Assembly: GCA_963675295.2 (NCBI GenBank)
Contig: CAXXKJ010000002.1
Location: forward strand, 768,001 to 832,000
DNA: 64,000 nucleotides
Direction of reading: 5' to 3'
Origin: a bacterium
GTDB lineage: Bacteria; Electryoneota; Electryoneia; Electryoneales; Electryoneaceae
Both the position numbers and the translations under genes were made by a program. Positions 1 to 9,851 of this stretch are shown here, in pieces. Each line of letters starts with the position of its first letter. Position 1 is the stretch's first letter. The notes below the pieces were generated by a model. The model saw nothing but the letters and a program-made list of their open reading frames with translations. It made no database searches and was not told the origin of the DNA.

Positions 1-38
1 AGCTTCTGATCCGGACCGCAGACATTCGGCACGAATAC

Positions 39-69
39 AACCCGCGTCACGTTGCTGGCGCGGGTTTTT
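39..69 (+). terminator. Rho-independent terminator of an upstream gene
   Basis: AACCCGCG...CGCGGGTT stem followed by T run. Confidence 0.6.
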
Positions 70-295
70 CATGCTCAATTGAAGGGGAACTCCGGTGATG
101 GAATGGAAGTTTGTCAGGTTGGCAGCGTGTATTTCCTCGGCGAGCACCAGGATGTGCGTACGGTACTTCTAATGCCGTGATCGGCTTTCGAATCGTTGTA
201 TCTTATCTCCGGAAGGGTCGTTTGCGGCTTCTGTGTATTGTGCTTTCAGCCTGTTAACGTTGCGTGTTTCATTGCGTGAATCAACCGGAGGTTGT

Positions 296-2023
296 GTGGG
301 ACGGTTCGGGTGCATTGCGGCGGTGGTCTCCGTCCTCGTGTTCGGTCTGTGGTGTGCGGCGGCGGCGTGGGAGCCGGTGGACAGCCTTTCGGTCGAGCGC
401 TTGTGGTTCTACGAGGGCGAAGATTCGCTGGCGCTGGCGTACGGAGCATCGCACGACCTGACCGAGCAACACCCGGAAATCACTCGCGTCATCATCAACA
501 TTCACGGAATCTCCCGCGAGGCGGAAATTGCCCGCGCGAATGTCAACTACGCTGCCAACCAGCATGATCGTGAGATGTGGGATCATCTCGCGACAGTGTA
601 CCCGCAATTCCTGTTTACCCATGACCTCGAAGCGTACGACGTAACCGATTCCCTGCTGTACTGGCATAACATCGGCGATACCGGCCCGACCTGGTGTTAC
701 GGGCACCCGTCAGACAGCACATCGGACCACCCGCGTCCGTTTACTCGGAGCAGCTTTGCCTGCCTTGATTCGCTGGCGGTGCTGGTGCTGAACGCGTTCC
801 CGAACCTCGAGAATTTCGTCTTCGCCGGGCATTCGGCAGGCGCGCGAATGATGCAACGGTATGCGATAGCGACCCGTTGGGACGAAGATTTCACCACCCC
901 GCGTGTCCTGTACAACTATGCGAATCCGGGGGTGTACGCGTACATCGGTCCAGAACGGCATGTCGGCGACAATTGGAACCAGTTCGCGGTTCCGGACCCC
1001 GGAGCGATTGCGGACTGCCCGGAATATGATGACTGGCCGTTCGGCTTGCAGAACCTGCTGCCGTATTTCGACGGCCTCACGATCCCGGACATTCTCGATC
1101 AGTATCGGTCGCGTCACGTGATCCAGTGGATCAGCGAGCTGGACACGGCGGAGATGTCCAGCGGGTCGCAGACCAGCTGCATGGCGATGATGTCCGGCGA
1201 ACTGCACCGCAAGCAACGCGGACTGATCTTTTACAACCACGTGCAGTACACCTTTGGTAGTGAGCCGGAAAGGTTCGTCCAGGCGATCGTGGAGAACATC
1301 GGGCATGTAGGCAACGCGGTTTACAGGTCGCCAATCGGACGTTACTACCTGTTCGACTACTATGATCCGATCTCGCCGGGCGAAGACATCGAATTGGTTG
1401 GTGAGTTGACGGTGCCGAACCCGGTGACGGTTGACGGCGTCCTCGGCTTCGATATCACGGTTGCGAACGCTGGCGAAGAAACCCGCACCGGCGATGTCTG
1501 GACGGAACTGGTCTCCAGCTCATCCGGTGGCGAAACCCGGGTGGTTGGCTGGCGTGATCCGATGGTCTACACCCCGTCGATGGACTCTACGCGCAACGGC
1601 CTTGAATTCCTCGTGCCGGAAGGGTTTCCGCTAGGCCCAGCGACGTTGGTGTTCAACGTTGGCGCCTACCCCGATGCGGTGGTGGCGTGGGATGAGGCCG
1701 CAGTGACGGTTACCAGCACCACCGATGTGGCGGAAGAACCGTCCCGTCAACTGCCGGTCTCGCCACGACTTGTCAGCATTGCGCCGAATCCGTTCAACGC
1801 CTCGACCCGGGTGACGCTGTCGGTGCCACGCGCGACGGCGTTGCGGCTGCGGCTGTATGACGTGCTCGGGCGGGAAGTGCTGACGGTGCACGACGGCGCT
1901 GTGGCGGCAGGGACTCGGGTGTGGACAGTCACCGCCGACCGGCTGGCCGGGGGTGTGTATTTCCTGCGGGCGTCCGCGCCGGGCGGATATGACGAAGTCC
2001 GGAAACTGCTGCTGGTGCCGTAG
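296..2023 (+). CDS. Secreted alpha/beta-hydrolase with Ig-like domain and T9SS type A sorting domain
   Basis: GGAGG RBS then GTG at 296; signal peptide; GHSAG nucleophile elbow; C-terminal APNPFN...YDVLGREV...GVYFLR...KLLLV. Confidence 0.8.
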   Translation: MGRFGCIAAVVSVLVFGLWCAAAAWEPVDSLSVERLWFYEGEDSLALAYGASHDLTEQHPEITRVIINIHGISREAEIARANVNYAANQHDREMWDHLATVYPQFLFTHDLEAYDVTDSLLYWHNIGDTGPTWCYGHPSDSTSDHPRPFTRSSFACLDSLAVLVLNAFPNLENFVFAGHSAGARMMQRYAIATRWDEDFTTPRVLYNYANPGVYAYIGPERHVGDNWNQFAVPDPGAIADCPEYDDWPFGLQNLLPYFDGLTIPDILDQYRSRHVIQWISELDTAEMSSGSQTSCMAMMSGELHRKQRGLIFYNHVQYTFGSEPERFVQAIVENIGHVGNAVYRSPIGRYYLFDYYDPISPGEDIELVGELTVPNPVTVDGVLGFDITVANAGEETRTGDVWTELVSSSSGGETRVVGWRDPMVYTPSMDSTRNGLEFLVPEGFPLGPATLVFNVGAYPDAVVAWDEAAVTVTSTTDVAEEPSRQLPVSPRLVSIAPNPFNASTRVTLSVPRATALRLRLYDVLGREVLTVHDGAVAAGTRVWTVTADRLAGGVYFLRASAPGGYDEVRKLLLVP

Positions 2024-2186
2024 TTCAGTCTCTCGTCGTTGGTCCTTCGTCTCTCGCTGAGGGGCTGCGGAATACGGGCAACGGTCGGCGGCAGAACACA
2101 CCTTCCACAGTCGTGAACTACGTAACGCAAAACAAAAGACAGCAACTGACGTAAAGCCGGAAAAGCCACCGACCACCGATCACTCG

Positions 2187-2810
2187 TCACTTCACCTTTT
2201 CCACCGGAGTGCGGAGAATGGTTTTCAGTTTTTCCGGGGCGACACGTCTCGGATCGCCGAAGTAGATCTCGTGGTGGCCGTGCACGTGCTTGTAGCCTTG
2301 CTCAACGGCGTACGCGTGCATGCGCTCAAGCGTTGGGGTTTCTTCCGCATACGGTCCGATGTGCATCGCCTGCACGACTGTCCCCTCGGAAATCACTTCG
2401 AGGCGAACCTTTTCGAACGGTCCCTCCTTTTTCTTCTTCGCCAGCTGTTGCCGTGCGGCGTCGAGGTCCTCGTCGCTGATGAACTCCGGCACCCGAACCA
2501 GCAATTTGTACTGCCAGGTCATCTCGGACGGTTTTTCGATCGGCTGGTCGAAGCCGCCAACCGGATACCACATCCCCTCCAACTTCGCGACAACGTAGTC
2601 CCGGCCCTGTTCTTTGGCCATGAACTTGAGCGTGTACGCCATGCCATACAACGCGCCCATGATCTCAGCGAAGAGATCGTCCCCCGGTTTCCCCTCGCCA
2701 TCCACCGCGAGATACGGAATCGGCGGCAGGGTGAGGATACGGGGCTGCTGCGTCGCCTTGTACTGATCTTTGTGTTGCTTGTAGAGGTCGAGTTTGTCGG
2801 TGCTGGCCAT
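2187..2810 (-). CDS. GyrI-like small-molecule-binding domain protein
   Basis: KLDLYK..K..YK, LAVDGEGKP, LEGMW, MHIGPY..E, HHEIYFGDPRR..PEKLKTILRTPV motifs. Confidence 0.85.
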   Translation of the reverse strand: MASTDKLDLYKQHKDQYKATQQPRILTLPPIPYLAVDGEGKPGDDLFAEIMGALYGMAYTLKFMAKEQGRDYVVAKLEGMWYPVGGFDQPIEKPSEMTWQYKLLVRVPEFISDEDLDAARQQLAKKKKEGPFEKVRLEVISEGTVVQAMHIGPYAEETPTLERMHAYAVEQGYKHVHGHHEIYFGDPRRVAPEKLKTILRTPVEKVK

Positions 2811-3012
2811 GGCGGGGCTCCATGATCGCGGATACGGGCTACCAATTGATCACTTCAAGGTACGGCTGCGTTCGTCCGTGGACTTGTCCGATCTTGCTGT
2901 GGGCGCGGACGAGTCATGTAGATGCACCGCGGTGCTTGTCGCAGGTGGGCACGATGACGTATGCTGATCATCAACAAGAAGCAAGACCACGGACATTCGG
3001 GGAAATCAGGCC

Positions 3013-3648
3013 ATGCGTGTGACAATGACGATGTTGCTGCTATTGTCGGGGCTCGCGGGGTTGACGGCAGCGTCGGGGCAGGAACCGGCCGCTGAGCTGA
3101 CTGTTCTCGCAGACTGGATGACCGGCTCATTCAGCAGCGCGCAGCAGGCGGCGGCGGATACGTCTTATTTCGATATCCGGCTCGAGATGATCCGGATTCC
3201 CAGAAAGGATGGCCGAATCTGGCTGTACGTCGAACAGGCAGCCGCGGGCAAATTGGGTACGAAGCCGTATCGTCAGCGAGTATATCGATTGGAAGCGGTG
3301 GGCGACGGGTCATTTCTGAGTCATGTCTACACCATCCCCGGCGATCCGTTGCGTTTCGCAGGCGCGTACGGCGATCCTGAGTTGCTGGCGTCAATTCCGC
3401 TCGACAGCCTGACGCTGCTCGAGGGTTGCTCGATCGAACTGATGAGCACGACGGATGGCACATTCAGCGGCGGCACCGATGGCCGCAGCTGCGGGAACTC
3501 GTGGGGCGAGGCGACGTACGCAACCAGCGAGGTGACGGTTACCCCTGATGCCCTGCGCTCGTGGGATCGCGGCTACAACGATGCCGGCGAACAGGTCTGG
3601 GGTGCGGAGAAGGGCGGCTACGTGTTCGAGAAAATCGCGAACCGGTGA
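3013..3648 (+). CDS. CpcT/CpeT chromophore-lyase-like exported protein
   Basis: WMTGSFSS..QA, LYVEQA, PYRQRVY, ATSEV, SWDRGY...GEQVWG...GGYVF; N-terminal signal peptide. Confidence 0.85.
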   Translation: MRVTMTMLLLLSGLAGLTAASGQEPAAELTVLADWMTGSFSSAQQAAADTSYFDIRLEMIRIPRKDGRIWLYVEQAAAGKLGTKPYRQRVYRLEAVGDGSFLSHVYTIPGDPLRFAGAYGDPELLASIPLDSLTLLEGCSIELMSTTDGTFSGGTDGRSCGNSWGEATYATSEVTVTPDALRSWDRGYNDAGEQVWGAEKGGYVFEKIANR

Positions 3649-3711
3649 GGAGTCCAGAAACCGGTTAGCCCGGATATGAATGTCCGGGGCAGGGTATCGG
3701 CTGAGGCCGGT

Positions 3712-4218
3712 TTATCGTGCTGCCGGCACAAGGTTGACGACCGGATACTCTTCCTGCAGCAGCAGCTGCTGGAAGGCGTCCCGGGTGGACGGGGCGAGGG
3801 TGTAGGTTTTCTCCGGCGCGGCGATGGAGTCTTCTCCCTCGACCAACCGTTCGAGCAGCGTGAAGCGGTAGAGGTCGCCAGCACTGAAGCGGTACATCAT
3901 CCCGGCGTTGTCGTTGCGTTGCGGCAGCCGTGGCAGGCTCATCGTGTACCATCCTTCCGGCAGATAAACGCGGTTGATGGATTTGGCGCGCAGGACGATG
4001 CTGAGGCTGTCGTTGAACACGACTTCCATCTGGCCGAGGTTGAGGTTGTCGAGGGTGACGGCGAAGAACAGCGCGGCGTGTTCCGGCGGGAGGTCGTTGA
4101 TTTCCATCGCAGCTTTGTCTGGCTGGACGGTGACACACGCGTTCAACGTTAACAGCGCAACCAGAATCAGCGAAACAGCGAGCAGCAGGCTGTGACGTAC
4201 GTTCAAATGCAGCCGCAT
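3712..4218 (-). CDS. Hypothetical lipoprotein
   Basis: Hydrophobic N-terminus ending LNAC (lipobox-like); no family recognised. Confidence 0.55.
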   Translation of the reverse strand: MRLHLNVRHSLLLAVSLILVALLTLNACVTVQPDKAAMEINDLPPEHAALFFAVTLDNLNLGQMEVVFNDSLSIVLRAKSINRVYLPEGWYTMSLPRLPQRNDNAGMMYRFSAGDLYRFTLLERLVEGEDSIAAPEKTYTLAPSTRDAFQQLLLQEEYPVVNLVPAAR

Positions 4219-4284
4219 GACGAATCCCCACACCGGTGAAATCGAGTTCTTGTCGTTGTTGGATAATACGGAAAACAAGGCGGG

Positions 4285-4680
4285 TCAGGAGACGGCGTTC
4301 ACCGCGAGGTAGAACCGTCCGATACCGATTTCGAACAGCTCGCCTTCATCATCCTGCATTTCGTACGACCCTTCCATGGTGCCGAAGTCCGTGTCCAGCG
4401 GGCAGTAGCTGGAATAGGAAAACTCTTCTCCCGGGGCGAGGGAGGGAGTAAAGCCGACCACGCCCGGCCCGTGCACTTCCTGCTTATCGCCGTCCCCGTT
4501 GATGATGATCCAGTGACGCCGCAGCAACTGCACCCGCCGTGCACTCTCATTCCGGATTGTGACGTGGTAGGAGAACACGTACCGCTGATCATCCGGATCG
4601 GAATGATCGGCTTCGTACTGGGGTTTGACGACGACACGGATGCCGTGGGTCACCTTTTCCGATTCTGTGCGTGTGGCCAT
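4285..4680 (-). CDS. apaG: ApaG protein
   Basis: YVFSY.VTI.N, VQLLRRHWII, V.GPGVVG..P.L.PGE.FSY.S, GTMEGSY. Confidence 0.95.
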   Translation of the reverse strand: MATRTESEKVTHGIRVVVKPQYEADHSDPDDQRYVFSYHVTIRNESARRVQLLRRHWIIINGDGDKQEVHGPGVVGFTPSLAPGEEFSYSSYCPLDTDFGTMEGSYEMQDDEGELFEIGIGRFYLAVNAVS

Positions 4681-4730
4681 GGACAGATCCCGTTGTGTTT
4701 TCACTAAGCTACGCAGGCGGTTCGCACAAC

Positions 4731-4764
4731 AAAAGGCCCGAGCCTGCGAAATGCGGGCTCGGGC
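4731..4764 (-). terminator. Terminator of the VIT-vWA gene
   Basis: GCCCGAGCCTGC/GCGGGCTCGGGC hairpin with A run on + strand (U tail on - strand). Confidence 0.7.
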
Positions 4765-4805
4765 TGGATGGATCACGTCGCATAAACAGCTTGATAGGAT
4801 CGTAC

Positions 4806-7061
4806 CTACTTGGCCAGCAGCAATCGAGACGCCTGTGTCACTGTTTCGCCGGATGATTGATCCGTCGCCGTCAATTGCAGGAAGTAGTTCCCGCTGGCGA
4901 GCCGGGAGGCGTCAAACGCGGCGTGCTGCGCACCCGCCTGCAACACTCCACGGATCAGAACGGCGACCTCACGGCCGAGCAGATCGTACACCACCAGCTT
5001 CACCTCCATCTCACGTGAGAGGCTGAACGAGATCCGAGTACCGGCGTTAAACGGATTCGGCGACGCGGTCAATCCCACGACCAAATCGCTCGAACCGGCG
5101 GGAACTCGCACCTCCGCCGGAGCGACTGCGACATCGCCGTCCGCAATCCGGATCTGGTACACGTAGCCGACATTGCGTTCTGCGCTGCGGTCGGTGAAAT
5201 GGGTTCGTCGCACGGGTTCACGGTTCAGCTTCAGGTACGCGCGTCCGTTCATCTCGCGTCGGTAAATGTCATAGCTGACGTCCGTCGCTGGGCGAAGACT
5301 CCAGCTCAGGTGTACGCCGGAGCGGTCGCGTGTCGCCCGTGCCGCGATTTTCGCGCGCTCGTCGACGGGCGTGTTATAGCCTGTGTATTGGGTCAGAATG
5401 CCGTATTGCAGCGACAGGTCGACGATCATGTCGATGATGTCCTGATCCTCGCCATAGACCGCCATGTACGCCAGCCAGTAATCGATTTTCTGGATCGCCC
5501 ACATGCGTGGGACGAAGCTGAAGGATGTGGTGTCGTTTCCGGTAAACGTAAACGGGCCGTAGGTAAGGGACGTATCCCTGCCGGCAACGGTCGCGGACAG
5601 CTCAATCATTGTTTCGCCATGCTGCTGGTAGGTGCCACTGACCAGCGTCTGGCTGCCGGCGAAGATGGTATATGGCGCCGGGGGATAGTCTTCTTCGACG
5701 TTGACATCACCCATATCGAGTGTCACCTGTGTCAGCACTGGGCTGGAAAATCGCTGGAAGAAGACTTCGATTTCTTCGGCGAGGTGGGCGAGATTCTCCA
5801 CCTTCAACGTCAATCCGGAATTGGTGAAGGCGATGTAGTCGAGGAAGTCCAAGTCGGCGTCATCTCCGGCCGCGACCGTGAAGATGGACGCGCAGATCGT
5901 GTTCGCATTCCCGATGTTCTGAATGATCGTCGGCAGGTCGGTAACCCCGGTCGTTGGTTCACCGTCACTCAGGACCAGCACCTGGTTGGCGTGTGTCGGA
6001 TCAAGATCCTGGTTCAACGCATAGAGGACGGCATCGTTGAACAGCGTCCAGCCCGAGGCGACGAGACTGTTGATGTGTTGCACTGCGGCAGCGATGTTGG
6101 CCGGCGTTGCCAGCACCGGATTTACCTGCCACGGTTCAACAAAGTCGCTGAAGACAATGATGTTGAAATAGTCGCCATCATTGAGATGGGTGACGCAATA
6201 GATCGCCGCTTCTTTGGCTTCTTCCATTGCCCCGCCGGATCCCATGCTGCCTGAGCGGTCGATGACGAAGGTGAAGCTTTTGTTCAGCACGTCTCCCTGC
6301 CCGATGTCGCCCGGTTCCATGATGGCGAGATAATGGCCGGGATCGAGCGAATCTTCCTTGTGATGACTCATCAACCACAGGCCGACATCGTCTTGGCTGA
6401 CCGTAACCTGGCTGTACAGATTTTCCGTTGTAACGCCGCTCCCGGTCACGGAATAACTGAACTCATAATCGCCGAGGAACTGGAATTGCGCCTGGTAGGA
6501 TGCGACCTGTACGTCCTCAATCAACCGCTGGGAGGTGCCGGACACCTCGACGGCGAATGTGTCCAGCGGTGTTGACGCGAATGACGGCAGAGCGAGTGGG
6601 TACTCAAACGTGTAGTCGCCGAATTCGTAGGTCAGTAGCTCGGTGTATTCAATTCGGAGGGTAATCTCCCCGGGTTCCAGATCGGCGAACGATTGTGCGA
6701 AAGGATTCTCACCAAGATAGGATTGCAGGAATGCGGGCAGTCCTCCCACCCCGCCACCTCCCTGCTGGCCGGGCTCCAGGGCGAAGTAGTGCAGTTCGTC
6801 ATCGATCCACATCCCAAGTCCAACAATCGATGCACCCGGAGGCAGGGGCAGACAGTAGGTCGCGTCCACAAAACCCACATTGTCGTTGTTGAAAGTATGA
6901 TCGATGAATGTGGTGCACACCTGGTCGGTAATCTCGATTTCGGTATGAACTTCGGTCAAAGGCAGGAAAGAACTGCTGCTGTACAACAACGCGCTGGCAA
7001 AGGCTGGAACTGCGAAAAACAGCGAGAGCAGGACAACAACGCACAGATTTGCAGTACGCAT
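4806..7061 (-). CDS. VIT + vWA (inter-alpha-trypsin-inhibitor-like) protein with FN3-like domain and T9SS sorting domain
   Basis: Signal peptide; VIT-like N-terminus; MIDAS FVIDRSGSM...LSDGEPT; RMWAIQKI...LSLQYGILTQYT; SPNPFN CTD. Confidence 0.9.
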   Translation of the reverse strand: MRTANLCVVVLLSLFFAVPAFASALLYSSSSFLPLTEVHTEIEITDQVCTTFIDHTFNNDNVGFVDATYCLPLPPGASIVGLGMWIDDELHYFALEPGQQGGGGVGGLPAFLQSYLGENPFAQSFADLEPGEITLRIEYTELLTYEFGDYTFEYPLALPSFASTPLDTFAVEVSGTSQRLIEDVQVASYQAQFQFLGDYEFSYSVTGSGVTTENLYSQVTVSQDDVGLWLMSHHKEDSLDPGHYLAIMEPGDIGQGDVLNKSFTFVIDRSGSMGSGGAMEEAKEAAIYCVTHLNDGDYFNIIVFSDFVEPWQVNPVLATPANIAAAVQHINSLVASGWTLFNDAVLYALNQDLDPTHANQVLVLSDGEPTTGVTDLPTIIQNIGNANTICASIFTVAAGDDADLDFLDYIAFTNSGLTLKVENLAHLAEEIEVFFQRFSSPVLTQVTLDMGDVNVEEDYPPAPYTIFAGSQTLVSGTYQQHGETMIELSATVAGRDTSLTYGPFTFTGNDTTSFSFVPRMWAIQKIDYWLAYMAVYGEDQDIIDMIVDLSLQYGILTQYTGYNTPVDERAKIAARATRDRSGVHLSWSLRPATDVSYDIYRREMNGRAYLKLNREPVRRTHFTDRSAERNVGYVYQIRIADGDVAVAPAEVRVPAGSSDLVVGLTASPNPFNAGTRISFSLSREMEVKLVVYDLLGREVAVLIRGVLQAGAQHAAFDASRLASGNYFLQLTATDQSSGETVTQASRLLLAK

Positions 7062-7319
7062 GGTACACCCCCCACAGAGTCATGGAAACCGTTCGATTTA
7101 TGCAACAGGTACAGCCAACCCACAGTGTAGAAGGCAAAACACAGACCGGAGATGTTTGGTGTTCACGGAAAGCTGCAAACTATTGTGAAGGTAGTCGGTT
7201 GCGGTGAACGTGACGTGGGGATGACAGTTGGTACAGGTGTATTTTCGCGCAAACCATGCAGGTGGCTGTGTGATCGGTGCACGCGTGACGGAATGCGCGG
7301 TGGAAGGTCAGGCGGGGGT

Positions 7320-7354
7320 AAAACAAACGATTGAGGCTCCCGGGGGAGCCTCAA
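7320..7354 (-). terminator. Rho-independent terminator
   Basis: Perfect 10-bp stem TTGAGGCTCC/GGAGCCTCAA; U-rich tail on - strand. Confidence 0.7.
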
Positions 7355-7405
7355 CCGCTGCGGTGTCATACCGTCCTGCGATGAAATAGGAAGCGCGGGT
7401 AGGGT

Positions 7406-7609
7406 TTAATACAACTGCTCCTGATAGCTGTGGCGTGGATTGTTGGGTCCGTCCGTGTGGACGGCGACGGTACGACACCAAATGCACGGGTTCAGGCGTG
7501 ACACCGTGGTACTACGGGTACGGGTTGATAGCATTCCGGGGATGGCGGACACGAGGGTCGGCTCTGATGCTGCATACAATGCATGGTATGTGGGTGGATA
7601 CAGGTGCAT
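7406..7609 (-). CDS. Putative 67-aa small protein (or ORF within an sRNA)
   Basis: GGGGAGGGG RBS-like sequence just before ATG; lies between a sigma54-like promoter and a terminator; no recognisable homology. Confidence 0.3.
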   Translation of the reverse strand: MHLYPPTYHALYAASEPTLVSAIPGMLSTRTRSTTVSRLNPCIWCRTVAVHTDGPNNPRHSYQEQLY

Positions 7610-7705
7610 CGTCCCCTCCCCGGGGTGAAATAGATCTCCCTTTGTAACTTGCAGCCCTTATCATTGCTGACGTTGTGGCTGCTCCCTGATTCGCCGAACA
7701 CAAGG

Positions 7706-7720
7706 GCAAAGGGTGGGCCA
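7706..7720 (-). promoter_or_regulatory. Putative sigma54 (-24/-12) promoter
   Basis: TGGCCCACCCTTTGC on - strand = GG-N10-GC with TGGC and TTGC. Confidence 0.5.
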
Positions 7721-8217
7721 GTTTTGGTACAGAGTACTCGGAGGACGCTGCAAAATCTGCGAATATCCAAGGCTGGAGAACTTCAGCATCGTTGTATAAT
7801 TAAGAATAACAGACAGTTAACAAAAAACTCGTGCATCTCTTCAGTATGCGGCTCTGATGCCTGTTCTGCGCTCGCTGGATTCCGGATATGGTATGGAGTT
7901 TCGGGAAAAACGCGCAAAGCGTGCAGACTCGGTCTGATTTGGTGCGCTATCGTGTGGTGGGTGGGCAGCGAGCTGCAAATCTTGCGCGTGCTATGCATGA
8001 TGGCTCGAGTGCTGCGGGTTGGAATCGGTCGAAATCGCACCGGGACTTGCCTGTGAGTCCCGTGTTCGCTACCCTTGTTGCGAACCTGCAGTCCCTTCTA
8101 TCCAACCGCAGGCAGGGGAAACCGCATGGATGCGATTGCGCTGATTTTTTTCTCCACGGTTCCGTGGATCATCTGGGTGTTGGTCTATTATTTCCGTGAA
8201 ATGAGAAAGGGGCGGTC

Positions 8218-9672
8218 ATGAGCATCACGATTGTGATCGTCGTCCTCTATTTCCTCATCCTGCTGGGCATCGGCCTGGTCGCCAGCCGTCAAACCTCGAG
8301 CGTGTCGGATTTCTTTGTCGCGGGCAAGAAGCTCGGCTACTGGGTCAGCGCGCTCAGTTCGCGTGCGACTGGTGAGTCCGGCTGGTTGTTGCTCGGCTTG
8401 ACCGGGATGGGCTGGGCGGTCGGGGTGAATGCGTTCTGGGTTCTGCTCGGCCAGGTGGTGGGTGAAACGATGAGCTGGGTGTACATCGCGCGCCCGTTCA
8501 AACGGATGACGGATAAGTACAACTCGATCACCGTGCCGGATTATCTCGAATCGCGGTTCAACGACACGCGGCATATTCTGCGTTGGATCAGCACGGTGGT
8601 CATCATCACGATGGTGACCTCGTACCTGGCGGCGCAGTTGACGGCAACGGGGAAGGCTTTCGGCGAATTTCTCGGCCTCGATTTCAAGACCGGCGCGATC
8701 CTCGGGCTCGCGATTGTGCTGTTTTATACGATGATCGGTGGTTTCCGCGCGGTGGCATGGTCGGATCTGTTCCAGGGGTCGATGATGCTGCTCGGGTTGA
8801 TCCTGGTGCCGATTGTGGCGGTGGTTGCGACCGGCGGTATTGGCGGTATGGTCGGCAGTCTCGGTGAGACACATCCAGACATGCTCAAGGCGATGGGCGG
8901 GCAGGGGTGGACGATGGCCGGAATCCTGACGGTGATCGGATTCGTCGGGCCCGGGTTCGGCTATCTTGGTAGTCCGCAGCTGTATTCACGGTTTATCGCG
9001 GTGCGCCACGAGCGCAAACTGATCCCCGGCGCAGTGGTCGCGGTCTTCTTCACGATCATCACTTCCGGTGGGGCGATCATCGCCGGGATGGCGGGGCGGG
9101 TGCTGTACCCGGTGCTGGAGGACCAGGAGGCGATCTTCCCGTTGTTATCGCACGAACTGTTCGGCCCGATCATGTCCGGCATTCTGATCGCGGTGGTGTT
9201 GGCGGCGGTGATGAGCACGGCGGATTCGCTGTTAATCCTGGCGGTGTCGAGCGTGGTGCGGGATGTTTACCAGCGGATTTTCCATCCGGACGCTGACCAG
9301 AAGCGGGTGGTGATGTTGAGCCGGGTGTTGACGTTGATCCTCGCGTTGATCGCTTTGGGGTTTGCGTTGCTCGAGGTGCGTCTGATCTTCTGGTTTGTGC
9401 TGTTTGCGTGGGCTGGAATCAGCAGCGCGTTCTGCCCGGTGATTGTGTTGTCCGTGTTCTGGAAGCGGTTAACGTTGAAGGGTGCGGCGGCGGCGATGAT
9501 CACGGGATTTGTCGTCGCGATCGTGTGGAAAATGACGCTCGGCCATATTGTTTATGAGATGGTTCCGGCGGTGATTCTGGCGACGTTGACGGCGATTGTT
9601 GTTTCGTTACTGGATAAGGCACCCTCTACGGAGTCCGAATCAGGTGCGCAAGAAGAAGGGCAGCCTGTGTAA
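8218..9672 (+). CDS. putP: Sodium/proline symporter (SSS family)
   Basis: ALSSRATGESGWLLLGL, GGFRAVAWSD..QG, GYLGSPQ...RF, AAVMSTADS; multi-TM. Confidence 0.9.
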   Translation: MSITIVIVVLYFLILLGIGLVASRQTSSVSDFFVAGKKLGYWVSALSSRATGESGWLLLGLTGMGWAVGVNAFWVLLGQVVGETMSWVYIARPFKRMTDKYNSITVPDYLESRFNDTRHILRWISTVVIITMVTSYLAAQLTATGKAFGEFLGLDFKTGAILGLAIVLFYTMIGGFRAVAWSDLFQGSMMLLGLILVPIVAVVATGGIGGMVGSLGETHPDMLKAMGGQGWTMAGILTVIGFVGPGFGYLGSPQLYSRFIAVRHERKLIPGAVVAVFFTIITSGGAIIAGMAGRVLYPVLEDQEAIFPLLSHELFGPIMSGILIAVVLAAVMSTADSLLILAVSSVVRDVYQRIFHPDADQKRVVMLSRVLTLILALIALGFALLEVRLIFWFVLFAWAGISSAFCPVIVLSVFWKRLTLKGAAAAMITGFVVAIVWKMTLGHIVYEMVPAVILATLTAIVVSLLDKAPSTESESGAQEEGQPV

Positions 9673-9851
9673 ACACAAAGTAGTAGTGTGGGGGTGTGGA
9701 CATTCTGGTTTGTCTCATGGGAAGCGCGGTTTATCGCAATGCTTCCCTTTTTTTGTATTTCCGGGAGCTAGATTCGCTTGACCTTTAGCAAAGTTAACCT
9801 GTGGCGGGCATTGTAGGGCATGGTCCGCAGTAGCAATGGGGAGAAGAATAG

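Noticed and set aside
7101-7117. sigma54 promoter for the VIT-vWA gene (TGGCTGTACCTGTTGCA)
   Set aside because: GG-GC spacing is 11 rather than the required 10
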